A DNA stretch of 64,000 bases from Candidatus Niyogibacteria bacterium (lineage in GTDB: Bacteria > Patescibacteriota > Minisyncoccia > HO2-45-28): NCBI GenBank assembly GCA_016432485.1, contig CP066691.1:740944-804943 (forward strand), written 5' to 3'. A program made the position numbers and the translations under genes. Positions within the stretch are counted from its first letter, which is position 1. Every line of letters starts with the position of its first letter. Under the pieces are notes generated by a model. It searched no databases. It had not been told where the DNA came from and worked only from the letters and a program-made list of their open reading frames with translations. Below, in pieces: positions 47,407 through 56,855 of the stretch.

Positions 47407-48315
47407 ATGCTGATTATACGTTTTAGAAAAATTTTATACGCGTTTTCAGCAGTCGTTTTGGCGATAAGCTTATTCGGTATTTTAGCTTTTGGATTCAGGT
47501 CCGGAGTCGATTTTTCCGGCGGGTCTATTTTAGAAGTGGAGTTTTTGGAAGAGCGCCCCGATATTTCTTTTTTGGAGGCGGATATATCGGCGCTGAATTT
47601 GGCGGCATTCAGAATTCAGCCTACCGGCGACAAGGGTTTAATCATAAGATTCGGCGATACTTCAAACGAAAGCCGCGAAATTCTGCTACAAACTTTATCC
47701 GCGGGCAAAGATCCCGCGTCGGTTTTGACTGAACGCAGGTTTGACGCCGTGGGTCCGGCCATAGGTTCTGAACTAAGAAAAAACGCCGTTATTTCAATAA
47801 TTCTGGTGATAATTTTAATTCTTGGTTTTGTTAGCTGGGCATTTCGTCATGTTTCAAAACCTGTGGCCAGCTGGAAGTACGGGATGGTGGCGATTATCGC
47901 TTTAGCGCATGACATAGCAGTGCCGGCCGGACTTTTCGCGTATCTCGGGCGTTTTTACGGGGCTGAAGTTGATGCGCTTTTCGTAACCGCGCTTTTGACC
48001 ATCCTGGGTTTTTCCGTGCACGATACCATAGTGGTTTTTGACCGCATACGCGAAAACCTCCGCAAAGCCGAAGGCCGCGGAGAATTTGAAGATATTGTCG
48101 GAAAAAGTTTAAACGAGACATTCGGCCGGTCTTTGGCTACATCGTTCGCGCTGTTTTTGGTTTTGTTCTCTCTTTTTTGGCTCGGGGCCGGAGCCACCCG
48201 TTATTTTGCTCTGACTTTGCTGGTCGGAGTTGTTGCCGGCACTTATTCTTCAATATGCCTCGCCAGCCCCCTTTTAGTCACGTGGCATAAATTCTCCGGC
48301 AAGAAAAATATTTGA
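47407..48315 (+). CDS. secF: protein translocase subunit SecF
   Basis: 302 aa, 6 TM, canonical secDF arrangement. Confidence 0.85.
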   Translation: MLIIRFRKILYAFSAVVLAISLFGILAFGFRSGVDFSGGSILEVEFLEERPDISFLEADISALNLAAFRIQPTGDKGLIIRFGDTSNESREILLQTLSAGKDPASVLTERRFDAVGPAIGSELRKNAVISIILVIILILGFVSWAFRHVSKPVASWKYGMVAIIALAHDIAVPAGLFAYLGRFYGAEVDALFVTALLTILGFSVHDTIVVFDRIRENLRKAEGRGEFEDIVGKSLNETFGRSLATSFALFLVLFSLFWLGAGATRYFALTLLVGVVAGTYSSICLASPLLVTWHKFSGKKNI

Positions 48316-48360
48316 CAAGGGCCTTTTAAGGGTTTTCTATTAAGTTAGAGATTTTTAACT

Positions 48361-49278
48361 TTGGAGGACGCTGCTTTGCTCTTCTACGCCGGGCTTTCGG
48401 TTTTGGTTTTGGCGGGTCTTGCGGTTTGGCGCGGAATTTATCTGATAAACAAATTCACCTTTCGCGATCTCAAAAAGCTTTTTTTGAAAATAGAGGAATA
48501 CGATAAAGAAGGCATCGGCGTTTTAATTAATGTCGCCGCCGAAAATTGCCGCAGCGAAAAAGAAGCCGGCTTTTTACTGAGGTCTTACTTTTTGATTTTA
48601 AGTATTCTGAACGGCTCGGGAGGGATGAAAAACGGCCATATAAGCGTTAAACCCTCGTCCTTTGTTTTATCAGGATGGCCCGCAGAAAAGAAAAAGGAAA
48701 AATTTGAAGCCGCGCTTTCTCAGCTTGCCGATTTTGCCGGAAAAAGAAATCGCAGGGTGTGGCTGGATGAGGAACGTTCAGCCGATGAAGAATGGGTTGA
48801 ACCGGTTAAGCGCGCTCTGGTCTGCGATAGGGGTATAACCAATCTGTCTTGGCGAATCAGATGTTACCGCAGGGACGCTTTCCGGCGCATCACAGAATAT
48901 GTTAATTGGCATAAGCAAGGAGCCAGTTTCAGCATCGGACTTTGCCGGGGCGCCTATCCCGAAGACGGGGAATTGGATGAAAATGAAACTGCCGAAAATA
49001 TTTTAAGATGCGCCCGACTTTTGGCTGATAATTCAATTGATTGCGTCATCGCTTCACATACGGCAATTAAACCGATTACAAACGCGAAAAGCGGAACTTT
49101 TTCACTGCACATGCTGCATGGCCGAGAAGAAGTTGATACGGCATTGAAATCCATTTTAGTTAAAGAATTGGCAAAAAGTCGGGGGGTCTACATGATTTAC
49201 GGAAGAAGTTTACGTTCCCTTCTGCCATATGTTTTGCGCCGTTTACTGGAAAAGCCGGCCCTTTTTTGGACCCAGTAG
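48361..49278 (+). CDS. proline dehydrogenase family protein (PRODH-like)
   Basis: C-terminal YMIYGRSLRSLLPYVLRRLLEKP resembles the PRODH YxPYG...RRLxExP tail; GLCRGAY. Confidence 0.45.
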   Translation: MEDAALLFYAGLSVLVLAGLAVWRGIYLINKFTFRDLKKLFLKIEEYDKEGIGVLINVAAENCRSEKEAGFLLRSYFLILSILNGSGGMKNGHISVKPSSFVLSGWPAEKKKEKFEAALSQLADFAGKRNRRVWLDEERSADEEWVEPVKRALVCDRGITNLSWRIRCYRRDAFRRITEYVNWHKQGASFSIGLCRGAYPEDGELDENETAENILRCARLLADNSIDCVIASHTAIKPITNAKSGTFSLHMLHGREEVDTALKSILVKELAKSRGVYMIYGRSLRSLLPYVLRRLLEKPALFWTQ

Positions 49279-49365
49279 TGAAAAATGGCATAGTGAGTCG
49301 CGGCATCTAAATAAAGATTATGATACACAGCCGCAATGCCATTTTCTACTAACGGGGTGGGGGGC

Positions 49366-49394
49366 TTGACATATAAGAGGCGTGATGCTATAAT
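49366..49394 (+). promoter_or_regulatory. consensus sigma-70 promoter P3: TTGACA-17-TATAAT
   Basis: exact hexamers; 12-bp inverted repeat gaaaaatggcat/atgccattttc just upstream. Confidence 0.6.
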
Positions 49395-49449
49395 ACAAGT
49401 ATTGAAAAGAGTGGAGTTTCGTAACCCATTCCAACAACAAGGAGGAAAG

Positions 49450-49689
49450 ATGGGAAAATCAATATCGTTGTTTGTGACAGAAGGGACGGAAGACGGCCTT
49501 GGAAAGCATTCTGCCGACGAAAGCGGAGAAACGCCCCTCGCTCGCGGGATCGGGTTCAAGCCCCCGGGCTACACGGGGGGAAGATTGTTTCGTCCGGGAC
49601 CTGGAGGCACGGTGGAGCCGGTTTCCGATCGGTCCCCCAAGTCCGAGCGAACCGTTTCGCGAAGGATCACGACCCCGTCCTTCAAGTAG
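49450..49689 (+). CDS. small Gly/Pro-rich hypothetical protein O3 (79 aa), ~60% GC
   Basis: SD aaggagga 6 nt before ATG 49450 (the longer 49336 ORF would start upstream of the promoter). Confidence 0.5.
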   Translation: MGKSISLFVTEGTEDGLGKHSADESGETPLARGIGFKPPGYTGGRLFRPGPGGTVEPVSDRSPKSERTVSRRITTPSFK

Positions 49690-49708
49690 GGCGCGGTCAC
49701 GGTGAAGT

Positions 49709-49742
49709 GCCCCCCGAGAAGTTTTCGGGGGGCGCGTTTTTT
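49709..49742 (+). terminator. intrinsic terminator (ccccccgagaagttttcgggggg + T-run)
   Basis: perfect stem-loop then gcgcgtttttt. Confidence 0.7.
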
Positions 49743-49835
49743 AAATTTATAATTTATAAAGGGGGAATATTATTTTTGATTTGACCCCTTGACTTGACAG
49801 AAAAATCGCTGTAAGCTAGGATTGAATTAAATATT

Positions 49836-50861
49836 ATGGTCAAGACCGGTAATAATTTTGAGGATTTATCAAAGTCAATGCTAAAGGAGCTGTCGGGCAG
49901 AGCGCGCGATGTTATTGAGCGTCGTTTCGGCATAGGCAGCCGTTCCAAAAAGCAGACCTTAGAATCAATAGGCGGGCTCTATAAAATAACCCGCGAGCGC
50001 GTTAGACAAATTGAAGCCGCGGCTATCGGTAAAATTAGAAATTCCGAGGTCTTTTCCGCTTCCAAAGAACTTTTTGCCGATTTGGAAAAAGAGTTTAACC
50101 TTAGGGATAAGGTATGGCGTGAAGACGAAGTTCTGGCTCATTTTGCCGGCAATGATTCCGGGAAGAATTATGTTTACTTTTTCTTATCGCTGGGACGCCC
50201 TTTTGAAAGGATTGGGGCGGATAATGAATTTTATCACCGCTGGACAAATGACGCGGCGGGGGTTGCCGAAGTTGAGAAAACTATAAAAAATTTTTGCAGA
50301 GGATTAGGAGAGGAGCCTTTGAATCGCGAGGAGATAGCTGATAAATTCAAAAAACATGTCGAATCGGATTTGAGCCGGAAGATTTCAGCTGATGCTGTTT
50401 TTTCATGGCTCGGCGTGTCAAAAAATATAAATTCAAACAATTTTGGCGAGTGGGGGCTCACAAGTTCTCCTTTGGTCAAGCCTTCGGGCATGCGCGATTT
50501 CGCTTATTTGGTTTTAAGAAAGCATGGTTCCCCTTTGCATTTTCGCGAAGTGGCTTCGCGCATTGAAGGCCTGGCCAATAAAAGAGCCCATGTCCAGACG
50601 GTTCATAATGAGCTGATTAAAGACAGACGTTTTGTGCTTGTCGGCCGCGGGCTTTACGCGCTTGCCAGCTGGGGCTATCAGCCCGGAACCGTAAAGGACA
50701 TCATTAAATCCATTTTGGAAAAACAGGGTCCGTCTTCAAAGGAGGAGCTGGTTAAATTGGTAAAGCAAGAGAGGCACGTTAAAGACAATACCATTTTCAT
50801 AAATCTTCAAAACAAGGCTCGCTTCAAAAGACTTCCCGACGGGCGGTTTCATGTGGCATAA
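49836..50861 (+). CDS. sigma-70 region-4 domain protein (not a complete sigma factor)
   Basis: ESIGGLYKITRERVRQIEAAAIGKIRN is a region-4 HTH; no region 2. Confidence 0.6.
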   Translation: MVKTGNNFEDLSKSMLKELSGRARDVIERRFGIGSRSKKQTLESIGGLYKITRERVRQIEAAAIGKIRNSEVFSASKELFADLEKEFNLRDKVWREDEVLAHFAGNDSGKNYVYFFLSLGRPFERIGADNEFYHRWTNDAAGVAEVEKTIKNFCRGLGEEPLNREEIADKFKKHVESDLSRKISADAVFSWLGVSKNINSNNFGEWGLTSSPLVKPSGMRDFAYLVLRKHGSPLHFREVASRIEGLANKRAHVQTVHNELIKDRRFVLVGRGLYALASWGYQPGTVKDIIKSILEKQGPSSKEELVKLVKQERHVKDNTIFINLQNKARFKRLPDGRFHVA

Positions 50862-50869
50862 TATAAGTA

Positions 50870-52213
50870 ATGCCGCAGATTAGGGAATCTTTTTATCTTT
50901 TATATCAGACAGCTTTGCTTCCCGGTTTTAAAGTAATCGCCAGATTATGGTGGCTTTGGCTTTTTATTTTCTCGGTGGTTCTGGTTAAGAATATGATCCG
51001 CTATTGGCGGACTCTTGTTTATAGAAAAGACATGCGTTGGGTTCTTCTTGAAATTTTGATTCCGCGCGAAGTCAGGAAGTCTCCCAAGGCGATGGAACAG
51101 ATTTTCAGTCAGATTTACAGTCTGCGCAATTCTGCCGAAAACTGGAGTGAAAAATATGTTGAAGGCGAAGTTACGGCCTGGTGGAGCTTTGAAATAGCCA
51201 GTTTCGGCGGCGAGATTCATCTTTTTATCCGCACGCTCGCGAAATATAAAAATATAATTGAGTCAAACATCTATTCCGTATATAACGACGCCGAAGTGGT
51301 GGAATCGGCCGATTACGTTGACCGTTTGCCGGCAAAAACTACGGATATTTACAAAATGGGCATGGATTTGTTCGGGTTGGAATTGGCTTTGGGCCGGGAA
51401 GACGCTTATCCTATTAAAACCTATCCCGAATTTGAAAATATGGAGGAAGAAAGGTCGCTTGACCCTTTGTCTAACCTTATTGAGGTTTTGTCAAAAATAA
51501 AAAAAGAAGAACAGTTGTGGCTGCAATTGGTCGTGAGGCCGGTTGACCCAGCCGGAGATTACCAAAAGAAAGGCCGGAAATTAGTGAAAGAAATGAAGGA
51601 AAAAACAGTTGGCAAAGCTAAGGTCATCGGAAGCGACAAAGACACGGTTATGATTTCACGCACTCCGGGTGAGATTGAAGTCATTGAAACAGTTGAAAAA
51701 AATCTGGCCAAAGCCGCTTTTGAAACCGTCATACGCTATATTTATTTATCGCCGCGCTCTATTTTTAACCGCAATCTGCCTTATCGCGGGGTGCGCGGAG
51801 CGTTCGCCCAGTACTCCACTCAGAATATGAATTATTTTATTCCCAATATCCCGACCAGAACAATGGTCTGGTGGGGCAAACCGCCGTTTCTTTTCCCGAA
51901 AAAGCGCGAGGAAGCCCGCAAACAAAGAATTCTGCAAAGTTACCGCAATCGCGCTTTGCCGGAAGAAATGCTCATTGGCAAAATTTTTAATTCCCAAATT
52001 TTTTATTTTGACAAGAAGTCGCGTATCAGCGTTTTCAACACCGAATCTTTAGCGACATTGTTTCACCTGCCGTCTTTTTTGGTTTTAACCGCGCCCTTTA
52101 TTAAAAGAGTGGAAGCCAAGCGCCTTGGTCCTCCGGCCGGCCTTCAGATTTTCGGCGGGGAGGAAGACGTGCCCGGACTTAAAGTGTCGGAAGGAAATAA
52201 AAACGGTAAATAA
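50870..52213 (+). CDS. hypothetical membrane-anchored protein (2 N-terminal TM)
   Basis: 447 aa; first gene of an operon with the TraD/VirD4-like ATPase. Confidence 0.5.
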   Translation: MPQIRESFYLLYQTALLPGFKVIARLWWLWLFIFSVVLVKNMIRYWRTLVYRKDMRWVLLEILIPREVRKSPKAMEQIFSQIYSLRNSAENWSEKYVEGEVTAWWSFEIASFGGEIHLFIRTLAKYKNIIESNIYSVYNDAEVVESADYVDRLPAKTTDIYKMGMDLFGLELALGREDAYPIKTYPEFENMEEERSLDPLSNLIEVLSKIKKEEQLWLQLVVRPVDPAGDYQKKGRKLVKEMKEKTVGKAKVIGSDKDTVMISRTPGEIEVIETVEKNLAKAAFETVIRYIYLSPRSIFNRNLPYRGVRGAFAQYSTQNMNYFIPNIPTRTMVWWGKPPFLFPKKREEARKQRILQSYRNRALPEEMLIGKIFNSQIFYFDKKSRISVFNTESLATLFHLPSFLVLTAPFIKRVEAKRLGPPAGLQIFGGEEDVPGLKVSEGNKNGK

Positions 52214-52216
52214 TAT

Positions 52217-52738
52217 ATGGATTTTTTGAACGCTGCTTTTTGGTCCAAGATTTATACGGCAGTTCAGGACGTTTTAGCGATTCTGTCTTTTATATTTCTT
52301 GCGGTATCTATCTTTGTTTTTGTAAAAATATGGCCCTTAAGACAGCGGCTTTACGTCTTTGAAGGACACCGGGCTAACCGTGCTCCGCAAAAGCAAGTTT
52401 CTTTTGAAGATGAGCAAAGACGCGCTAACCGCCGCAAGTGGGACGCCATAATCAAAAAAGCCGAAACCGCGGGTTCCCGGGGGTATCCGATGGCTATTAT
52501 TGAAGCCGACATATTGCTTGAAGACGTTATGGGCCGGATGGGGTTTTTAGGCAAGAATTTAGCCGAACGTCTGCGTTCTTTAGCTCCGGGGGAATTGCCG
52601 AGTTCCAACTCTGTCTGGGAAGCTCATAAGCTTCGCAATAAAATCGCCCACGAACCGGATTTTCATCCAAGCCGTGAAGAGACAACGCGCACGCTCGGCG
52701 CTTACAAAAAAGCTCTGGAAGAATTAAAAGTCATCTAA
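52217..52738 (+). CDS. hypothetical membrane-anchored protein
   Basis: 173 aa, one TM. Confidence 0.5.
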   Translation: MDFLNAAFWSKIYTAVQDVLAILSFIFLAVSIFVFVKIWPLRQRLYVFEGHRANRAPQKQVSFEDEQRRANRRKWDAIIKKAETAGSRGYPMAIIEADILLEDVMGRMGFLGKNLAERLRSLAPGELPSSNSVWEAHKLRNKIAHEPDFHPSREETTRTLGAYKKALEELKVI

Positions 52739-52748
52739 TAAGTGAAAC

Positions 52749-54233
52749 GTGGCACGAGAAGGAAAAATCCAGATAATAAAATATGCTCCGCCGCCGCCGG
52801 AACTTCCGGTCTATAAGCAAGTTGACCCGAAAGAGGCCGTTTTTTTCGGACGCACCAATTACGTAGCCGGACTTGAGGAAAAGCGGTTCATATTCGGTAT
52901 CAAGCGAAGAGACCGCCGGCGCCATATGTATATAATCGGAAAATCGGGCGTCGGAAAAAGCAAGCTTTTGGAATTGATGTTAAGGCAGGATATTCAATAC
53001 GGCCATGGCGTTTGCTTGATTGATCCGCATGGAGACGTCATAGAAGAGGTCTTAAAATTTATTCCTGAAGAGCGCGTTAGAGACACCATTTTAGTTGATC
53101 CGTCCGATACTGCCTGGCCGATTTCTTTTAATCCGCTACAGAATATAAATCCGGAATTGAAACATCAGGTGGCTCAAGGCCTGATTGAAGTTATGGAAAA
53201 ACAATTCGGCGCGAATTGGACCCCCAGGCTTGAGCACGTTTTTCGTTTTACTGTTCTTGCTCTTCTTGATTTTCCAATGGCGACTATGCGCGGAATGATT
53301 TCAATGCTCGTGGATCGTAAATACCGTCAAAAGGTTGTTGAGTATATTGAAGACGAAATGGTCAAGCGTTTTTGGGCGATTGAATTTGCCGATTGGTCCG
53401 AAAAATTTGATACCGAAGCGATCATTCCGCTAGTCAATAAACTCGGCCAGTTTTTGGCCAATCCTTATCTGCGCTACATTTTTGGTCAGCGCGAAAATAA
53501 AGTTGACCTTGAGCGCGCGATGAACGAGAAAAAAATTCTTTTAATCAATCTTTCAAGAGGAAGGCTTGGAGAGGAAAATTCAAGTTTTTTGGGTTCAATG
53601 TTTATCACTAAAATAAAGCAAGCCGGAATGGCGCGCGCGTCAATGTCCGAGGAAGATCGCGAAGATTTTTATCTATACGTAGATGAGTTTCATAATTTGG
53701 TTACGGCCACATTTGTTAACATTTTTTCCGAAGCCAGAAAATACGGAGTTTCTTTGACGGTGGCCCATCAGTTTTTCGGCCAGCTTATTCAGCATGTTCG
53801 CGAATCAGTAATCGGTAATGTCGGCACTATGGTTGTTTTCAGAGTCGGCGGTGACGACGCGGCGAAGCTGGAAGCGGAGATGACGCCGGTATTCAAAGCA
53901 AAAGATATGGTTAATCTCGGCACTCAGCAATTTTACATAAAAATGACTATTGACGGCGACACCTATGACCCGTTTTCCGCCGAAACTTTGAAAGTTTTAC
54001 CGCCGGTCCACAAGTCTTTCAAAGACGAAATAATTAAATTCAGCCGCGAGAATTATGCCGCTCCGGCCGAAGAAGTGAAAAGAAAAATTCTTGAAGAAGA
54101 AAACGAACTTTTGGGGCTTGCCTCCGCGCCCGGGAAAACACTCGGTGTTGAGACCTTAAAAACACCGGGTGTTGAGTGGGGCGCGGTCAAAGAATCCGCT
54201 CTTCCCGATTCACCTCCCGAACCGATAGTATAA
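52749..54233 (+). CDS. soluble TraD/TrwB/VirD4-like (AAA_10/DUF87-type) P-loop ATPase
   Basis: HMYIIGKSGVGKSKL Walker A, YLYVDEFHN Walker B, AHQ, GNVGTMVVFRV; no TM segments. Confidence 0.6.
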   Translation: MAREGKIQIIKYAPPPPELPVYKQVDPKEAVFFGRTNYVAGLEEKRFIFGIKRRDRRRHMYIIGKSGVGKSKLLELMLRQDIQYGHGVCLIDPHGDVIEEVLKFIPEERVRDTILVDPSDTAWPISFNPLQNINPELKHQVAQGLIEVMEKQFGANWTPRLEHVFRFTVLALLDFPMATMRGMISMLVDRKYRQKVVEYIEDEMVKRFWAIEFADWSEKFDTEAIIPLVNKLGQFLANPYLRYIFGQRENKVDLERAMNEKKILLINLSRGRLGEENSSFLGSMFITKIKQAGMARASMSEEDREDFYLYVDEFHNLVTATFVNIFSEARKYGVSLTVAHQFFGQLIQHVRESVIGNVGTMVVFRVGGDDAAKLEAEMTPVFKAKDMVNLGTQQFYIKMTIDGDTYDPFSAETLKVLPPVHKSFKDEIIKFSRENYAAPAEEVKRKILEEENELLGLASAPGKTLGVETLKTPGVEWGAVKESALPDSPPEPIV

Positions 54234-54344
54234 TAAATTTCCCTCTGTTCAATATGGGTAGATTGAACATTAGAGCTAAAAATCCTTATTTTAAGCCATT
54301 TTTTAGCTTTTTGGTGTTGCGAAGCTATTGAACCATTGCAAGAG

Positions 54345-54372
54345 CTTGACGAGATGCGGTGAGGTGGTATGA
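54345..54372 (+). promoter_or_regulatory. sigma-70 promoter P4: TTGACG-16-TATGAT, preceded by 18-nt motif aagctattgaaccattgc shared with P1
   Basis: near-consensus hexamers; same motif-to--35 spacing as the ancestral form inferred for P1. Confidence 0.55.
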
Positions 54373-54435
54373 TGGCAACGGTTGGGACACGGTGTCCCCG
54401 CACATTAAACTATTTTTGAGAAAAGAGGAGGAACG

Positions 54436-54858
54436 ATGGACCTGGAAAAGCTGGAAGAAGTTCTTGATCAAATTTTGGAAGCGATAGGGAATGGCGCAAA
54501 CGAAGACGTAGTGAGGGATCTGTTTGATGTCCTCTATGAAGGCGTGGTTTCAGAATATCGTCCTGTTCTGAAGGTTCTCCCGCATGTGGCTGATAAGGTT
54601 GCTGCTGATTTGGTTCCCATCATACAAGTTTTTGTCAGAATATTTAATGCTGTAGAATCAGACAAAACTTTGCAGAAGGAACTCGCTGCATATAAAAACG
54701 ACCGCGCAAAGAAGCGTTTTGCCGCTCTTAAGATTTATCAGAAAGCCGGATTTACTCGTCATGAAGCAATGCAGTTGGTATTACAAGACATTGCTAATTT
54801 TAAAGCTCTGCGACAGGAGGTATCAAAGATAAAAGGACCCACCTCCTCAAAGAAGTAG
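54436..54858 (+). CDS. hypothetical protein O4 (140 aa, all-helical prediction)
   Basis: SD gaggagga before ATG; own promoter and terminator; splits two paralogous ATPase genes. Confidence 0.55.
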   Translation: MDLEKLEEVLDQILEAIGNGANEDVVRDLFDVLYEGVVSEYRPVLKVLPHVADKVAADLVPIIQVFVRIFNAVESDKTLQKELAAYKNDRAKKRFAALKIYQKAGFTRHEAMQLVLQDIANFKALRQEVSKIKGPTSSKK

Positions 54859-54875
54859 AGAGGAAAAATTTTATT

Positions 54876-54907
54876 GCCCAACCTTTTTGGATTGGGCGAT
54901 TTTGTTT
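54876..54907 (+). terminator. intrinsic terminator (gcccaaccttttt ggattgggc + T-run)
   Basis: stem-loop followed by gattttgttt. Confidence 0.65.
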
Positions 54908-54947
54908 GGCATACAAATTTATATATAAATGTGGCATAATATAATTA

Positions 54948-56840
54948 ATGGCAAAAGATACGGTTTATTTCGCGAGAACGAATTTCAGAGGCGAAAATAA
55001 AATTTTCGGCATTAAGGTTTCTGACCGTCGCCAGCATACTTATATCATCGGAAAAACCGGCACCGGAAAATCGGCGCTTATCAAGAATTTCGCGATTCAG
55101 GATATTAATTCCGGAAAAGGAATTTGCGTGGTTGATCCTCACGGAGAGCTGGTTGAGGAATTGCTGTCCAGAATTCCTAAAGACCGGATTAAAGACGTCA
55201 TTTATTTCAACCCGGCCGACACCGACTTTCCTTTGGGTTTTAACGTTCTTGAAGTTCCGGATAAAAAATACAAACACCTTGTGGCGCAGGGCCTGATAGG
55301 CATATTTACTAAAATTTGGGCGAATGTCTGGTCGGCGCGCATGGAATATATTTTGCAGAATTGCATCTTGGCTTTGATTGAGACTCCGGGCACGACACTT
55401 TTGGGAATCCAAAGAATTTTGACCGACAAAGATTACCGCCAAAGGATTTTAGCTAATGTTACAGATCCGGTGGTGCGAGCTTTTTGGGTTAACGAATATG
55501 AAGTGTGGCAGGAGCGTTTTCGCAACGAAGCCATCGTGCCGATTCAAAATAAAGTCGGCCAATTCGTTTCAACGTCATTGATACGTAATATCGTCGGGCA
55601 GACCAAATCTAGCTTTGATGCTTATGAATTGATGAATGAAGGCAAAATACTGCTGGCCAATATTTCAAAGGGCCGGGTGGGGGAGGAAAACTCAATGCTT
55701 TTGGGGGCCATGCTCATAACTAAAGTCCAGCTCGCGGCAATGGAAAGGGTCAGGATCCCGGAAGAGGAACGAGAGGACTATTATCTCTATGTTGACGAGT
55801 TTCAGAACTTTGCTACTGAAGCTTTCGCGTCTATTTTGTCCGAGGCCAGAAAATACCGTTTGAATCTTATTATTGCTCATCAGTATACCGGCCAATTGGT
55901 TTCGGAAACTTCAACTAAAGTGCGCGACGCGGTTTTTGGCAACGTCGGCACGATGATCGCTTTCAGGGTCGGGGCGACGGACGCCGAATTTTTAGAAAAA
56001 GAATTTGAGCCGGAATTTACCATCCAGGACCTTGTTGATTTGCCGAACTATAATATTTATTTGAAGCTTATGGTCAACGGCGTGGCTAGCCGGCCATTTT
56101 CGGCAATTACTCTGCCGCCTCTGGAGACGACTAAAGATATGGTTTCTCCCGAGGAAATTATTGAATCTTCGCGCGAAAAATACGGCCGTCTGGTGGACGA
56201 AGTGGAGCTGGATATTAAAAAATGGAGCGGTTCTCTGCCGAGCGTTGATACTGAAAATGATAAAACCGAAGCCGAAAGTGCTGCGTCAAAAAGCGAGCGT
56301 TTCGAGACCCCCTGCTGGATTTGCAAAAAGTCGGCAACGATTCCTTTCAAGCCGGATGGCCGCCGGCCGGTTTATTGCTCGGATTGTTTGAAAAAAATTG
56401 AATCAGGCCAATTGCAGCCGCTCAGGCCGCTTCCGACATCCAGGGCGGACCGAGAGGAATTTGGGGGCAACTTGGGATTAATGGGCATTGAATTTTTAGG
56501 AAAGCCGGCCCCATCTTCTTCCGGCCGTTTTACGCAGCCGAAGACTCCGGAAAAATCAGCATCAAGAGCGGGAAATACGGGACGCCAAAGTGGCGCTATG
56601 CCGATTACAAGCGGAGGGCCGGTAATAAAAAAAACTCCGTCCGAAAAAACACTTTCGCTTGATGATTTGAAAGCCAAAGCGTGGCAGAACATGAAAAGAG
56701 ATAAAAATATTCAAATTGAAGAGTTGCGTAAGGCCTTAAAAGAAAGCATGGCTGACGAAGAAAAAAGCGAAAAAAAACCGGAAGAAGAACATTCTAAATC
56801 TAAAACGCTTAAACCCGGCGACAGCATAAAGTTCAATTAG
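54948..56840 (+). CDS. TraD/VirD4-like P-loop ATPase paralog with C-terminal CxxC...CxxC zinc ribbon and Lys/Glu-rich tail
   Basis: YIIGKTGTGKSAL, YLYVDEFQN, AHQYTGQL; paralog of 52749 across the whole ATPase domain; CWICKK...CSDC. Confidence 0.6.
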   Translation: MAKDTVYFARTNFRGENKIFGIKVSDRRQHTYIIGKTGTGKSALIKNFAIQDINSGKGICVVDPHGELVEELLSRIPKDRIKDVIYFNPADTDFPLGFNVLEVPDKKYKHLVAQGLIGIFTKIWANVWSARMEYILQNCILALIETPGTTLLGIQRILTDKDYRQRILANVTDPVVRAFWVNEYEVWQERFRNEAIVPIQNKVGQFVSTSLIRNIVGQTKSSFDAYELMNEGKILLANISKGRVGEENSMLLGAMLITKVQLAAMERVRIPEEEREDYYLYVDEFQNFATEAFASILSEARKYRLNLIIAHQYTGQLVSETSTKVRDAVFGNVGTMIAFRVGATDAEFLEKEFEPEFTIQDLVDLPNYNIYLKLMVNGVASRPFSAITLPPLETTKDMVSPEEIIESSREKYGRLVDEVELDIKKWSGSLPSVDTENDKTEAESAASKSERFETPCWICKKSATIPFKPDGRRPVYCSDCLKKIESGQLQPLRPLPTSRADREEFGGNLGLMGIEFLGKPAPSSSGRFTQPKTPEKSASRAGNTGRQSGAMPITSGGPVIKKTPSEKTLSLDDLKAKAWQNMKRDKNIQIEELRKALKESMADEEKSEKKPEEEHSKSKTLKPGDSIKFN

Positions 56841-56855
56841 ATTTGACTTTAAGGC

